Assembly (NCBI GenBank): GCA_020723365.1
Contig: DYJB01000002.1
Location: 7,749-57,717 of the forward strand
Direction of reading: 5' to 3'
Length of the DNA stretch: 49,969 bases
From: Candidatus Aquidulcis sp.
GTDB lineage: Bacteria > Chloroflexota > Anaerolineae > Anaerolineales > E44-bin32
The notes beneath the pieces were generated by a model. That model saw only the letters and a program-made list of their open reading frames with translations, was not told the DNA's origin and did not search any database. Of this stretch, positions 18,217-26,586 are shown piece by piece. The stretch's first letter is position 1, and every line of letters begins with the position of its first letter. The position numbers were made by a program, and so were the translations under genes.

Positions 18217-19182
18217 TCAACCGGCGACGGCGGCGAAGAGGCCTACCAGGGTCGCTTCCAGCTGGGAGCCGCCCGACTTGTCCGCCAAGTCGATTTCCAT
18301 CAGGCGGCGGTAGACTCGCTCGAGATCGCTCAGACGGAAGTTGCGCGCCTGCTCCGCCACCTTGCCGGCGACGAAGGGATGCACGCCGAGCGCCTGCAGC
18401 GGGTTCTTGCCTGCGTCGAGCGCCTCGCGGGCCCGCAACAGCAGCCGGAACTGGCGAATGACCATGACAAAGGCGTAGTGAGGGTCTTCTTCCTGCAGCA
18501 GGCGCTGCAGCCGGTCGAGGGCTGTGCGCGCATCGCGCTTCCCCAGCGCGTCGACCATGGCGAAGACATCCGGCTGCCCGTGGAACGAGGTCAGCAGCTC
18601 GACGTCAGCCACGCGGATCGGGCGTTCGCCGTCGACGTAGTCGCGCAGCTTGGCCAGCTCCTGATCGGCGCCTTCGGCATCCTCGCCAACCAACTCGGCC
18701 AGCACCTGCGCCGCCTCGGGCTCGATGGCCACGCCATGGAATCGGGCGCGCCGGGTCAACCAGGCCACGAAGTCCTTCCCGTGTGGTGCGGGGAGGGCCT
18801 TGAGGTAGACCGCCGGTGCATGGGCCTCGGCCCAGACCAGCAGCCTCGACTTGGGCGACAGCACGCCAGGCTCGAGCAAGACCAACGCCGTTGACGCCGG
18901 CACCCCCTCCAGGAGCTCACGAAAGCGCTCCCAGCGCTCGGCTTCGGCGCACCAGCGCCCGGGCCGCTCGAGCACAACGATCCGGCGTCCGGCCAGGAAC
19001 GGCAGCGCGGCGCAGGCCTGCGCCACCTCGCCGAGCGCGGCGCTGTCGGTCGAGAAGCGCTGCACGTTCAGGGAGGCGCCGGCGTCGTCACCCTGCTTCT
19101 TGAGAAGCCGGGCGACCTGCTCGTCGCGAGCGAACGAGTCATCGCCGTGGAACAGATAGATGGTCGGTTTGGCGTCGGCCAT
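18217..19182 (-). CDS. holA: DNA polymerase III subunit delta
   Basis: IYLFHGDDSF N-terminus and overall HolA-like length and helical C-terminal domain. Confidence 0.8.
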   Translation of the reverse strand: MADAKPTIYLFHGDDSFARDEQVARLLKKQGDDAGASLNVQRFSTDSAALGEVAQACAALPFLAGRRIVVLERPGRWCAEAERWERFRELLEGVPASTALVLLEPGVLSPKSRLLVWAEAHAPAVYLKALPAPHGKDFVAWLTRRARFHGVAIEPEAAQVLAELVGEDAEGADQELAKLRDYVDGERPIRVADVELLTSFHGQPDVFAMVDALGKRDARTALDRLQRLLQEEDPHYAFVMVIRQFRLLLRAREALDAGKNPLQALGVHPFVAGKVAEQARNFRLSDLERVYRRLMEIDLADKSGGSQLEATLVGLFAAVAG

Positions 19183-19695
19183 CTAGCTCTCCGTCAGGAC
19201 GCGGTGGAGCGTCGGTGTGCGGGCCCGCAGTCGGCGAACGGAGAGAATGCGGAGCTGCCCCGGCAGGGCGGCGGTGGTCACGCGGCGCTGGATGGCCGTT
19301 CCCAGGGGCTGGGCCACGATCAGGCCGAGCGCGGCGGCGAGAAGCGCCGCGGGCCACTGTTCGAGCCAGTCGTTCCAGCGGCGGCGGCGCATCATCCCGG
19401 CTACCAGGTAGGTGGCCGACCCAGCCAGGATGGCGCCGGTCATCAGGTTCGTGCCGCAGTTGGGGTGGACGGCCAGGCCGGACTCGCCCGCCTGGAGCCG
19501 GGCCAGCGCCTGGTAGACGACCTGCTGCAGCGCCTCGGTGGATACCTCGCCGGCCAGATAGAAACCGCGGGCATCGGAGCGACCGATGAGCACGGTGCGC
19601 GGTACCTGCGCGCTGAGCAGGTGGATGGTGGCATGCTCGAGGGCATGGTTGCGTCGGATGCGGAGCAGCGTCGGGTTGTCGAGGATCGTGGGCAT
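19183..19695 (-). CDS. Conserved-looking hypothetical protein with HxxEH and HPNCGT motifs and hydrophobic C-terminal half
   Basis: RNHALEHATIH and AVHPNCGTN, with two hydrophobic segments. Its stop abuts the holA start codon (no gap). Confidence 0.6.
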   Translation of the reverse strand: MPTILDNPTLLRIRRNHALEHATIHLLSAQVPRTVLIGRSDARGFYLAGEVSTEALQQVVYQALARLQAGESGLAVHPNCGTNLMTGAILAGSATYLVAGMMRRRRWNDWLEQWPAALLAAALGLIVAQPLGTAIQRRVTTAALPGQLRILSVRRLRARTPTLHRVLTES

Positions 19696-19753
19696 CGTCG
19701 GCCTCAGCCGCAGCGGAGCAGCACCTGACTCTAGCGTGAGACGCCCCTGCTCG

Positions 19754-20758
19754 TCAAACGGCGGCTACCGGCACGGGCAGAGGTTCAAGCTGATGCAGCA
19801 GCGTCACGAATCGCGCCGGGTCGGTTTCCGCCAGGATCGCGGCCCGCAGCTCGCCCGGCGGCTGCAGCGGAGCCAGGTAGCGCGTGAGGTGTTTGCGGAA
19901 GAGGATGATCCCCTCGCGCGGACCGTAGGTGTCAAGCATGCCCTGCAGGTGGAGCCGGATCGTGGCCAGCGTCTCGCGGCGCGGCACCTGGGTGCGCTCG
20001 CGCCCCTGGAAGATCCACGGATTGCCGATGGCCCCCCGGCCGATCATGACCGCCTCGCAGCGGGTGTGGCGGCGCATGCGGCCGACGTCGGCCGGGCGCT
20101 GCACGTCGCCGTTGCCCACCACCGGGATGGAGACGGCGTCCTTGACGGCGGCGATGGCATCCCAATCGGCCAGCCCCGTGTAACCTTGTTCGCGAGTGCG
20201 TGCGTGGATGGCGATCAGTGCTCCACCGTTCTCGGCCACGGCGCGGGCGACGTCGAGGTAGTTGCGCGAGCCGGCGTCCCACCCCAACCGGATCTTGGCG
20301 GTGACCGGGATGGGCAGGGCGCGGCTCAGGGTGGCCATGAGGCGGGCGACCTTGCGCGGGTCGCGCAGCAGCCCGGCACCGGCGCCGCGGCCCGAGACAC
20401 ACCGCACCGAGCAGCCCATGTTGATGTCGAGCACGTCGGGGCGGTGCGCCAGAACCGCCTGCGCCGCCCGCAGCAACCGGTCCTCATCGCTGTCGAACAG
20501 CTGGTAGACGACCGGCCGCTCAGCCTCGTCGAAGGCGAGCAGGCGCTCCGTGCGCGGGCTCCGGGCGAGCACTTCCATGGCATTGACGAAGGGTGTGTAG
20601 CTCAGCGCCGATCCGAAGCTGCGGCATAGCGACCGGAAGGGGAGATCCGAGAAGCCATCCATCGGCGCCAGGATTGCTTCGCCGTACACAGGGATCGTGC
20701 CAAGGTGGAAGCCGGGAGGGGCAGGCTGCGCAGGGGGGGAGGTGGTCAGGGCGGACAT
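19754..20758 (-). CDS. dus: tRNA-dihydrouridine synthase
   Basis: LAPMDGFSDLPFR, DINMGCSV, the ITAKIRLGW-like segment and IHARTREQ. Confidence 0.88.
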   Translation of the reverse strand: MSALTTSPPAQPAPPGFHLGTIPVYGEAILAPMDGFSDLPFRSLCRSFGSALSYTPFVNAMEVLARSPRTERLLAFDEAERPVVYQLFDSDEDRLLRAAQAVLAHRPDVLDINMGCSVRCVSGRGAGAGLLRDPRKVARLMATLSRALPIPVTAKIRLGWDAGSRNYLDVARAVAENGGALIAIHARTREQGYTGLADWDAIAAVKDAVSIPVVGNGDVQRPADVGRMRRHTRCEAVMIGRGAIGNPWIFQGRERTQVPRRETLATIRLHLQGMLDTYGPREGIILFRKHLTRYLAPLQPPGELRAAILAETDPARFVTLLHQLEPLPVPVAAV

Positions 20759-20858
20759 CGGGTCGCAGGCGGTCCTTCCGGGCCAAGAATACCATGCCGA
20801 TTCGGTCGATGGTCCCGCGCGGCCGGGTGCCTGCGGTTGGATGGGCTACAATCCGGTT

Positions 20859-21866
20859 ATGACCTGGTCCGTGCTCGGCCACGCCTGGGCTGTCGACCTC
20901 CTGCAGCGTCACCTGCGGGCGGGAAGTGTCCGTCATGCCTACCTGTTCACCGGACCGGACCAGGTGGGCAAGCGCACGCTGGCGCTGGCCTTTGCCATGG
21001 CGCTGAACTGCGTCCAGCCGCCGCAGCCGGGCGAAGCCTGCGGGCAGTGCCGCTCGTGTGGCGGCCTGAAGCAGGAGCGGCATGCTGATCTGAGTGTGGT
21101 GCGCATCGGAGCTGGAGAGAGCGAGATCAAGATCGACAGCGTGCGGGAGTTGTCCCGCCAACTGTCGCTGACGCCGCTCGAGGCGCGCCGGCGCATCGCG
21201 CTGCTGGTGAGCTTCGACCTGGCCAGCCCACAGGCACAGAATGCGCTGCTCAAGACGCTGGAGGAGCCGCCCGATGCGGTGGTGCTGCTCCTGACGGCGC
21301 GCTCGACGGCCAACCTGCTGCCGACCATCGTTTCCCGCTGCGAGGTGCTCAACCTGCGTCCGCTGAACCCGGAGCAGATCGAGAAGGCGCTCTGCGCGGA
21401 CGGCCTTCCCGCGGAGCAGGCCCGCCTGCTGGCGGCGATCTCCGGCGGACGGCCGGGCCTGGCGCGGGTGCTGGCTGCCGATGACGAGCTTCTGACGAGG
21501 CGCACGGCGGCGCTGGATGAGCTCAAGACGCTGATGGCGGGCGGGCGCGGCGAGCGCTTCGCCGTGGCGGAGAACCTGGCGCGCAAGCTCAAGAACAGCG
21601 AAGAGCTGGAGTCTGTTCGGCGACGCGTCGAGGAACGGCTGCTGACGTGGCTGACGCTGTGGCGGGACGCCCTGCTGCTGAGCCATGGGAACGAGGCCCA
21701 CCTGGTCAACCCCGACCGCCGGGCCGACCTCGAGCGGCTGGTGAGTTCGCATTCTCCCGAAGCGCTGGCGTCTGCTGTCCTGGCGGCGCAAATGACGCTC
21801 GACCGACTGGATCGCAACGCCAACATCCAGCTCACGCTGGAGAACCTGATGCTCGACCTGCCGTAG
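20859..21866 (+). CDS. holB: DNA polymerase III subunit delta-prime
   Basis: Start moved to ATG 20859 (MTWSVLGHAW). HAYLFTGPDQVGKRTLA, Zn-module-like CGQCRSCG, SRCEVL. Confidence 0.85.
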   Translation: MTWSVLGHAWAVDLLQRHLRAGSVRHAYLFTGPDQVGKRTLALAFAMALNCVQPPQPGEACGQCRSCGGLKQERHADLSVVRIGAGESEIKIDSVRELSRQLSLTPLEARRRIALLVSFDLASPQAQNALLKTLEEPPDAVVLLLTARSTANLLPTIVSRCEVLNLRPLNPEQIEKALCADGLPAEQARLLAAISGGRPGLARVLAADDELLTRRTAALDELKTLMAGGRGERFAVAENLARKLKNSEELESVRRRVEERLLTWLTLWRDALLLSHGNEAHLVNPDRRADLERLVSSHSPEALASAVLAAQMTLDRLDRNANIQLTLENLMLDLP

Positions 21867-21919
21867 CCACCGGGCCGCTAGCCCTCCGTCCACCAAATGG
21901 TCGCCGACCGGATCGAAGA

Positions 21920-21939
21920 AGCCCCGCACGTGCGGGGCT
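21920..21939. terminator. Palindromic hairpin between convergent holB and spoVS
   Basis: AGCCCCGCACGTGCGGGGCT. T-rich flank on the minus-strand reading. Confidence 0.5.
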
Positions 21940-21968
21940 CCTCATTTGCGGCCCGTGCCCGGGCGGAG

Positions 21969-22229
21969 CTAGCGGGGCTCGACGACCAGCCGCACGGCGG
22001 TGCGTTCCTTGCCCTCGATCTCGACGGTCGTGAACTCCGGGATGCAGACGACGTCCAGCCCGTCCTCGTGCAGGTAGCCGCGGGCAATGGCCGTGGCTTT
22101 GACCGCCTGGTTGACGGCGCCTGCGCCGATCGCCTGGACCTCGGCCCGCTTGTGCTCGCGGACCACGCCGGCGATGGCCCCGGCGACGGCTGACGTGCGC
22201 GACTCGGCCGAGACCTTGATGACGTCCAT
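21969..22229 (-). CDS. spoVS: Stage V sporulation protein S family protein
   Basis: MDVIKVSAESRTSAVAGAIAGV...AIGAGAVNQAVKA is the characteristic SpoVS pattern. 86 aa. Confidence 0.85.
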   Translation of the reverse strand: MDVIKVSAESRTSAVAGAIAGVVREHKRAEVQAIGAGAVNQAVKATAIARGYLHEDGLDVVCIPEFTTVEIEGKERTAVRLVVEPR

Positions 22230-22283
22230 CGGGCTCTCTCCCCTACGCTCAGCGACGGTAGCCCGACTGGCTGCACTTCCAAG

Positions 22284-22311
22284 ATACTACAGGAATCCTC
22301 GTCCGATTCAA
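22284..22311 (-). promoter_or_regulatory. Candidate spoVS promoter (TTGAAT - 16 nt - TAGTAT)
   Basis: Minus-strand -35 at 22311-22306 and -10 at 22289-22284. GGGGAGAG RBS before ATG 22229. Confidence 0.45.
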
Positions 22312-22320
22312 GCAATGGCC

Positions 22321-22364
22321 CCCGCCCCGGGGCGGCCTGCACGGGCGGGCCGCCCCGGGGCGGG
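22321..22364 (-). terminator. 17-bp GC hairpin after the deoxynucleoside kinase operon
   Basis: CCCGCCCCGGGGCGGCC-N10-GGCCGCCCCGGGGCGGG. No U tract. Confidence 0.5.
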
Positions 22365-22388
22365 GGCCGGGCAGGCGGGGGCCCCAGG

Positions 22389-23057
22389 CTAGTCCCGCCC
22401 GTTCACCCGGGCGACTTCCTCGGCGTCGAAGATGACCTCCTCCTTGCCTTCCAGCTTGTCGCGCATCTTGGAGACGATCAGGTCGAGGTGGGTGCTGTGG
22501 GCGACGTAGTCCAGGTCGTCGGAGGGGACGGTCAGCACAGGGCACAGCGTGAAGTTGTCAATCCACGACTGATAGAGGGCGTTCAGCTGCTCGAGGTACT
22601 CCGGATGGATCTGCTGCTCGTAGTCTCGGCCGCGCAAGGCGATCCGGCGGCGCAGCGTGTCGGTGGTTGCCCGCAGGTAGACAACCAGGTCGGGGGGCGG
22701 CAGGAACTCGGAGAGCACCTGGTAGAGCTCCCAGTAGCACTGGTACTCGCGCTCCGCCATGTTGCCCTGCAGGAACAGGTTGCGGGCGAAGATCTCGGCA
22801 TCCTCGTAGACGCTGCGATCCTGAATGGCCGAGGTGGGGTGGTCGATCAGCTGGCGATGGGACCTGAGGCGGCGGGCGAGAAAGAAGATTTGCGAGTGGA
22901 AGGACCAGGTGCGCATGTCGCCGTAGAAGTCGGCCAGATAGGGGTTGTCGCCCACCGGCTCGTAGAACGGCTCCCACGAGAGGCGACTTGAGAGCAGCTG
23001 CACCAGCGTCGACTTGCCGACCCCGATGTTTCCGGCCACCGCCACGAACTTCTTCAT
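22389..23057 (-). CDS. Deoxynucleoside kinase (dAK/dCK/dGK family)
   Basis: P-loop AGNIGVGKST, EPV..NPYL..FY, QDRSVYED (ERS-type motif). AGGAGG RBS. Confidence 0.85.
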   Translation of the reverse strand: MKKFVAVAGNIGVGKSTLVQLLSSRLSWEPFYEPVGDNPYLADFYGDMRTWSFHSQIFFLARRLRSHRQLIDHPTSAIQDRSVYEDAEIFARNLFLQGNMAEREYQCYWELYQVLSEFLPPPDLVVYLRATTDTLRRRIALRGRDYEQQIHPEYLEQLNALYQSWIDNFTLCPVLTVPSDDLDYVAHSTHLDLIVSKMRDKLEGKEEVIFDAEEVARVNGRD

Positions 23058-23076
23058 GCGTTGCCTCCTGCGCGGA

Positions 23077-24069
23077 TCAAGCCCCGCTGCGGGCCGCCCA
23101 GCCTTCGATCAGCGTTTCGATGGCGTCGAGGTAGCCGTCCAGCTCGAGCAAGCGTGTTGGAAGAGAAGGCGGATCGAGCCCGAGCGCGGCGAGCGCCTCG
23201 TCCCACGCGGGACGGTGTTCGCTGAGGCGGCCGTGGGCTTCAAGCACCCGCAGGGTACGCTGCCAGATGAGCAGCAGCGGGATGACGATGGCGTCGGGGC
23301 GCCCCGCCTCGACCAGCGCCTGGTAGCCGGCGAGGTGGTAGGCGCGGCGGCAGGGCGCCAGGCGCGGATCGGTCGTCAGGACGGTGGCGTCATCGAAGGC
23401 ACGCGCCCAGGCGCCCAACCAGGCCGAGGGCGCGCGGCCGTCTTGCCCAGCGAGGCCCAGCAGTCGCACCAGGCCATCGGCGACGACGGTGTGCCCGAGT
23501 GCATCCGCGCGGCGCTCCAGGTCGAGCAGCCTGCGCCGCCCGGCGGCCGGCGGGCCGACGAGCAGCGCGGCGGCGTTGGCGCCGTCCAGCGCCGCCTGCA
23601 GCAGCGTCGCCAGTTCCGGTTGATCGGGAGGCGGGTGAGGCAGGCGCGCCCGGGCCGTCTCCAGCAAGGAGCGCGAGCGCGCCAGGGTGTGATCGGGACG
23701 GAAGAACTGCCCGCGGGCGCCGGCTTGGGCCCACTCGAAGAAGTGCTGCGGGTCGTACAGGAACACCGGCTCGCTGATGGCCGGACCCAGCCAGGGATCG
23801 AGTCGCAACGAGCGCGGCTGGGCGTACAGGGCGCGCCCGTGATGGACGATGTCGAGGTGGATCTCGGCCGAGAGCGGAACCATCTCGCGGGCGGCGGGAG
23901 GATCGGCCTCATGGATCAGGACCAGATCGATGTCGGCCGTTCCGCCCAGGAGCGGCTCGCCGCTGACGACGCTCCCCATCAGGTAGGCGGAGAGCACGTC
24001 GCCGGCGGCGCCGCGCGCCTCCGCCTCCCGGCGGGCGAGGTCGATCAGCTTGGCGCGGGTGATGATCAA
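23077..24069 (-). CDS. Pol-beta-superfamily nucleotidyltransferase (MNT-like N-terminus) fused to a helical domain of about 220 aa of unknown function
   Basis: GSVVSGEPLLGGTADIDLVLI matches the GS-x(n)-DxD NTase signature. ATGA overlap with the upstream kinase gene. Confidence 0.65.
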   Translation of the reverse strand: MIITRAKLIDLARREAEARGAAGDVLSAYLMGSVVSGEPLLGGTADIDLVLIHEADPPAAREMVPLSAEIHLDIVHHGRALYAQPRSLRLDPWLGPAISEPVFLYDPQHFFEWAQAGARGQFFRPDHTLARSRSLLETARARLPHPPPDQPELATLLQAALDGANAAALLVGPPAAGRRRLLDLERRADALGHTVVADGLVRLLGLAGQDGRAPSAWLGAWARAFDDATVLTTDPRLAPCRRAYHLAGYQALVEAGRPDAIVIPLLLIWQRTLRVLEAHGRLSEHRPAWDEALAALGLDPPSLPTRLLELDGYLDAIETLIEGWAARSGA

Positions 24070-24713
24070 ACCAGCCGTCCTCCTGCGACGAAGGGAAGCT
24101 CGGGCTGGTAGGGGTCGATACCCAGGGCGGCGCGGATGCGGTTGGCGATGTCGCGCAGGTGCTCGGGGCGGTGGACGATATCGATGGGGTTGGTGTCGAT
24201 GGCCAGAACGGGCGAGGAGCGCGGCTGGGAGAAGAACGTCTCGTAGGCGCGGTTCAGGTCGTCGATGTAGCCGCGGTCCATGCTGCGCTCGTAGGCCCGG
24301 TCGCGCATGGCAATGCGCCCCATGGCGACATCGGTGTCGACCCGCAGGTAGACGATCAGGTCGGGCCGAACGACGCGCTCGGCCAGGGTGCTATGCAGCC
24401 GCCGGTAGGTGTCGAGCTCATCGCCGCTCAGGTTGAGCTCGGCGAACAGGGCGTCTTTCTCGAAGGTGTAGTCGGCGATGAGGCTCCCGCGCGCCAGGAC
24501 GTCGGGGACCACTTCGCGCTGCTGGTGGTAGCGGCTGAGCAGAAAGAAGATCTGAGTCTGAAAGGCGTACCGCTCTCGGTCGCCGTAGAAGTCCGACAGG
24601 AAGGGGTTCTCCTCGAAGGCCTCCAGGAGCAGCTCGGCCGAGAAGACCGGCTGGAGCAGCCGGGCCAGAGTGGTCTTGCCGACACCAATGACACCTTCGA
24701 TGGACAGATACAT
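24066..24713 (-). CDS. Deoxynucleoside kinase paralogue
   Basis: P-loop EGVIGVGKTT, ENPFLSDFY, and Arg-rich lid-like RDRAYERS. Confidence 0.85.
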   Translation of the reverse strand: MYLSIEGVIGVGKTTLARLLQPVFSAELLLEAFEENPFLSDFYGDRERYAFQTQIFFLLSRYHQQREVVPDVLARGSLIADYTFEKDALFAELNLSGDELDTYRRLHSTLAERVVRPDLIVYLRVDTDVAMGRIAMRDRAYERSMDRGYIDDLNRAYETFFSQPRSSPVLAIDTNPIDIVHRPEHLRDIANRIRAALGIDPYQPELPFVAGGRLV

Positions 24714-24818
24714 GCAGCGTCCTGGAGGCGGCCGCCAGCCCGGCGGACGACCGTCGTGCGGGATGGAGAGGGTCGAGCCGGCGGCGTCGGGGTGTGGCCG
24801 ATAGGATAACCGGGATGA

Positions 24819-24839
24819 CTCGCCGGCGCAACCGGCGAG
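24819..24839 (-). terminator. Hairpin after the methyltransferase gene
   Basis: CTCGCCGG-N5-CCGGCGAG lies 16 nt beyond the stop. A weak promoter-like TTGCGC-17-TATCCT follows on the minus strand. Confidence 0.4.
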
Positions 24840-24854
24840 CCCTGCGCCCTCCGC

Positions 24855-25682
24855 TCAGGGCTCGTTCCGGAACTGAAGGCAGTAGTGGTGGTGGGTGTTG
24901 CTCACCCAGGCGTTGCCCAGTCCGTAGGGGGCGAGGCGGATGTCATCCTGACACCAGATGCGCTCGTCCTTGAGGGTGTAGACCTGGCCGAGGGCGGCCG
25001 CCAGATCCCAGGCAAGCGGGTAGATGCGGCCGCCCTTCTTGACGTTCTTGACGATCACCGTCAGGTAGGCGCCCGGGCGCATCCGCGGCTGAAGTCCGGC
25101 GTAGATCGAGACCAGTCGATTCACGAACTCGGGGTACTCGCGGATGTTGCCCAGATCGGCGGGGTGCCCGCTATAGGTGACGTCGAGGCCGGGGGCTGAA
25201 CGGCGCCGGTGCTGAGTCTCAGCCCCGCGTGCGTGCAGCATGTCCCAGTAGGGCGGCGAGGTCAGCAGGTAGTCGAAGACGGGCAACTCAAGCTGGCCCA
25301 GGTCCGATGCATCGGCGGTGAGAATCTCGGCTTGCAGGCCGTCGGCGGCGCTGCCCAGGCGGGTGCGTTCCTCGTCCACGACGGCCCTGGCCAGGTCGGC
25401 ATACTCCGGATTGAGCTCGATGCCGACGGCGTGCCGACCGGTGCGCAGGCAGGCCACAACGGTCGAGCCGGTCCCGACCATTGGGTCGAGGACGCGCTCT
25501 CCGGCCTTGGTGAAGAAGGTGACGAACTCCTGAGCCAGCGTTTCGGGAAACTTCCCCGGATGGCGCAGGACGTCCTTTCGCCGCCGCGGGGGATCATGGA
25601 CGAACCATGATTTCTGGAACTTGAGCCAGTCGCGGGGGGCGAGATCGTTCAAGCGATTCCGGATGGGACGTTTCTCGGGCAT
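24855..25682 (-). CDS. N4-cytosine/N6-adenine-type DNA methyltransferase (N6_N4_Mtase-like, motif I N-terminal to motif IV)
   Basis: HPGKFPETLAQEFVTFFTKAGERVLDPMVGTGSTVVA (AdoMet motif), catalytic TSPPYWDM, and RPGAYLTVIV. No restriction-enzyme-like neighbour. Confidence 0.78.
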   Translation of the reverse strand: MPEKRPIRNRLNDLAPRDWLKFQKSWFVHDPPRRRKDVLRHPGKFPETLAQEFVTFFTKAGERVLDPMVGTGSTVVACLRTGRHAVGIELNPEYADLARAVVDEERTRLGSAADGLQAEILTADASDLGQLELPVFDYLLTSPPYWDMLHARGAETQHRRRSAPGLDVTYSGHPADLGNIREYPEFVNRLVSIYAGLQPRMRPGAYLTVIVKNVKKGGRIYPLAWDLAAALGQVYTLKDERIWCQDDIRLAPYGLGNAWVSNTHHHYCLQFRNEP

Positions 25683-25685
25683 ACC

Positions 25686-26480
25686 TCAACCTGAGGCTGA
25701 AGGCGTGGCGACGGGGGGAAGGGCCCGCAACCGGAACGCGGTCAGGGCGGCCGTGGTCTGGCCCTGGCTGGCCGAGCGGACGAAGAAGCCGAACTGGCCC
25801 GAGGTCAGAATCGGATCGCGAACCTCCAGCACCGGCTCATCGTTGACGATCAGGCTGAAGGTATCGCCTTGCCCCAGAACAGCCAGGCGGTTCTCGGCGG
25901 GCGAGCCAGGGATGGCGGACGGGGCATCCGTCGGCCCGGCGAGCAGGACTGCGCCCGCGCCCACGACGCGTGTCACCCGCACCTGTCCCTGGCAGTCGAG
26001 GGTGAAGCGGTAATGGTCGCCGGTGGGCGTCACGCGGAACAGAATGCCGATCTCATCGGCGGCGCTGCACAGCGAGGCCCGCAGGCCTGCCTCAAGCAGG
26101 AAGTCGGCCTGGGGAGGTGTGGGAGCGAGCACGAAGCGGGAGGCGTTCGGCAGGCTGACCGCCAGGACAAGTGAGCCCTCCGACAGGCTTGCCCCGCCGC
26201 CGGTGTCACTCCCCACAGCCCAGCCCTCGCCTGCGGCGAAGCGGGCTTCGAACAGGAGCTCGCCGGCGCCGGGGGGTACGTCAGCGACTGAGGCCGCCGG
26301 GGCCGCGGGCGTGACGCTCGGCATGGGGAGCTTGGTGGGGATCGACATGGGGGAGGCGGGCGGAGGCCCGGGAGGAAGGCTGGGGGTCGGTGACGGTGCG
26401 GGCGCTGGCGCGCAGCCTCCGAGGAGAAGGGCCGCCGCGGCCAGAACGAGAAGGAGCCTGCCAGCCAGGAACGATCGCAT
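25686..26480 (-). CDS. Lipoprotein with a probable LamG/DUF1080-like beta-sandwich domain
   Basis: Start moved to ATG 26480 (MRSFLAGRLLLVLAAAALLLGGC), followed by a Pro-rich linker. 3-nt gap to the methyltransferase start. Confidence 0.6.
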   Translation of the reverse strand: MRSFLAGRLLLVLAAAALLLGGCAPAPAPSPTPSLPPGPPPASPMSIPTKLPMPSVTPAAPAASVADVPPGAGELLFEARFAAGEGWAVGSDTGGGASLSEGSLVLAVSLPNASRFVLAPTPPQADFLLEAGLRASLCSAADEIGILFRVTPTGDHYRFTLDCQGQVRVTRVVGAGAVLLAGPTDAPSAIPGSPAENRLAVLGQGDTFSLIVNDEPVLEVRDPILTSGQFGFFVRSASQGQTTAALTAFRLRALPPVATPSASG

Positions 26481-26586
26481 GGGAAGGGCCTGTGCGCCGT
26501 ATCTTACCGAAGGATGTGCTCGTCGACAAAGGCCGGCAGGCACCCGAGGGTGCCTGCCGGCGATGAGTCGTGCAAGGAGCCTGGAG

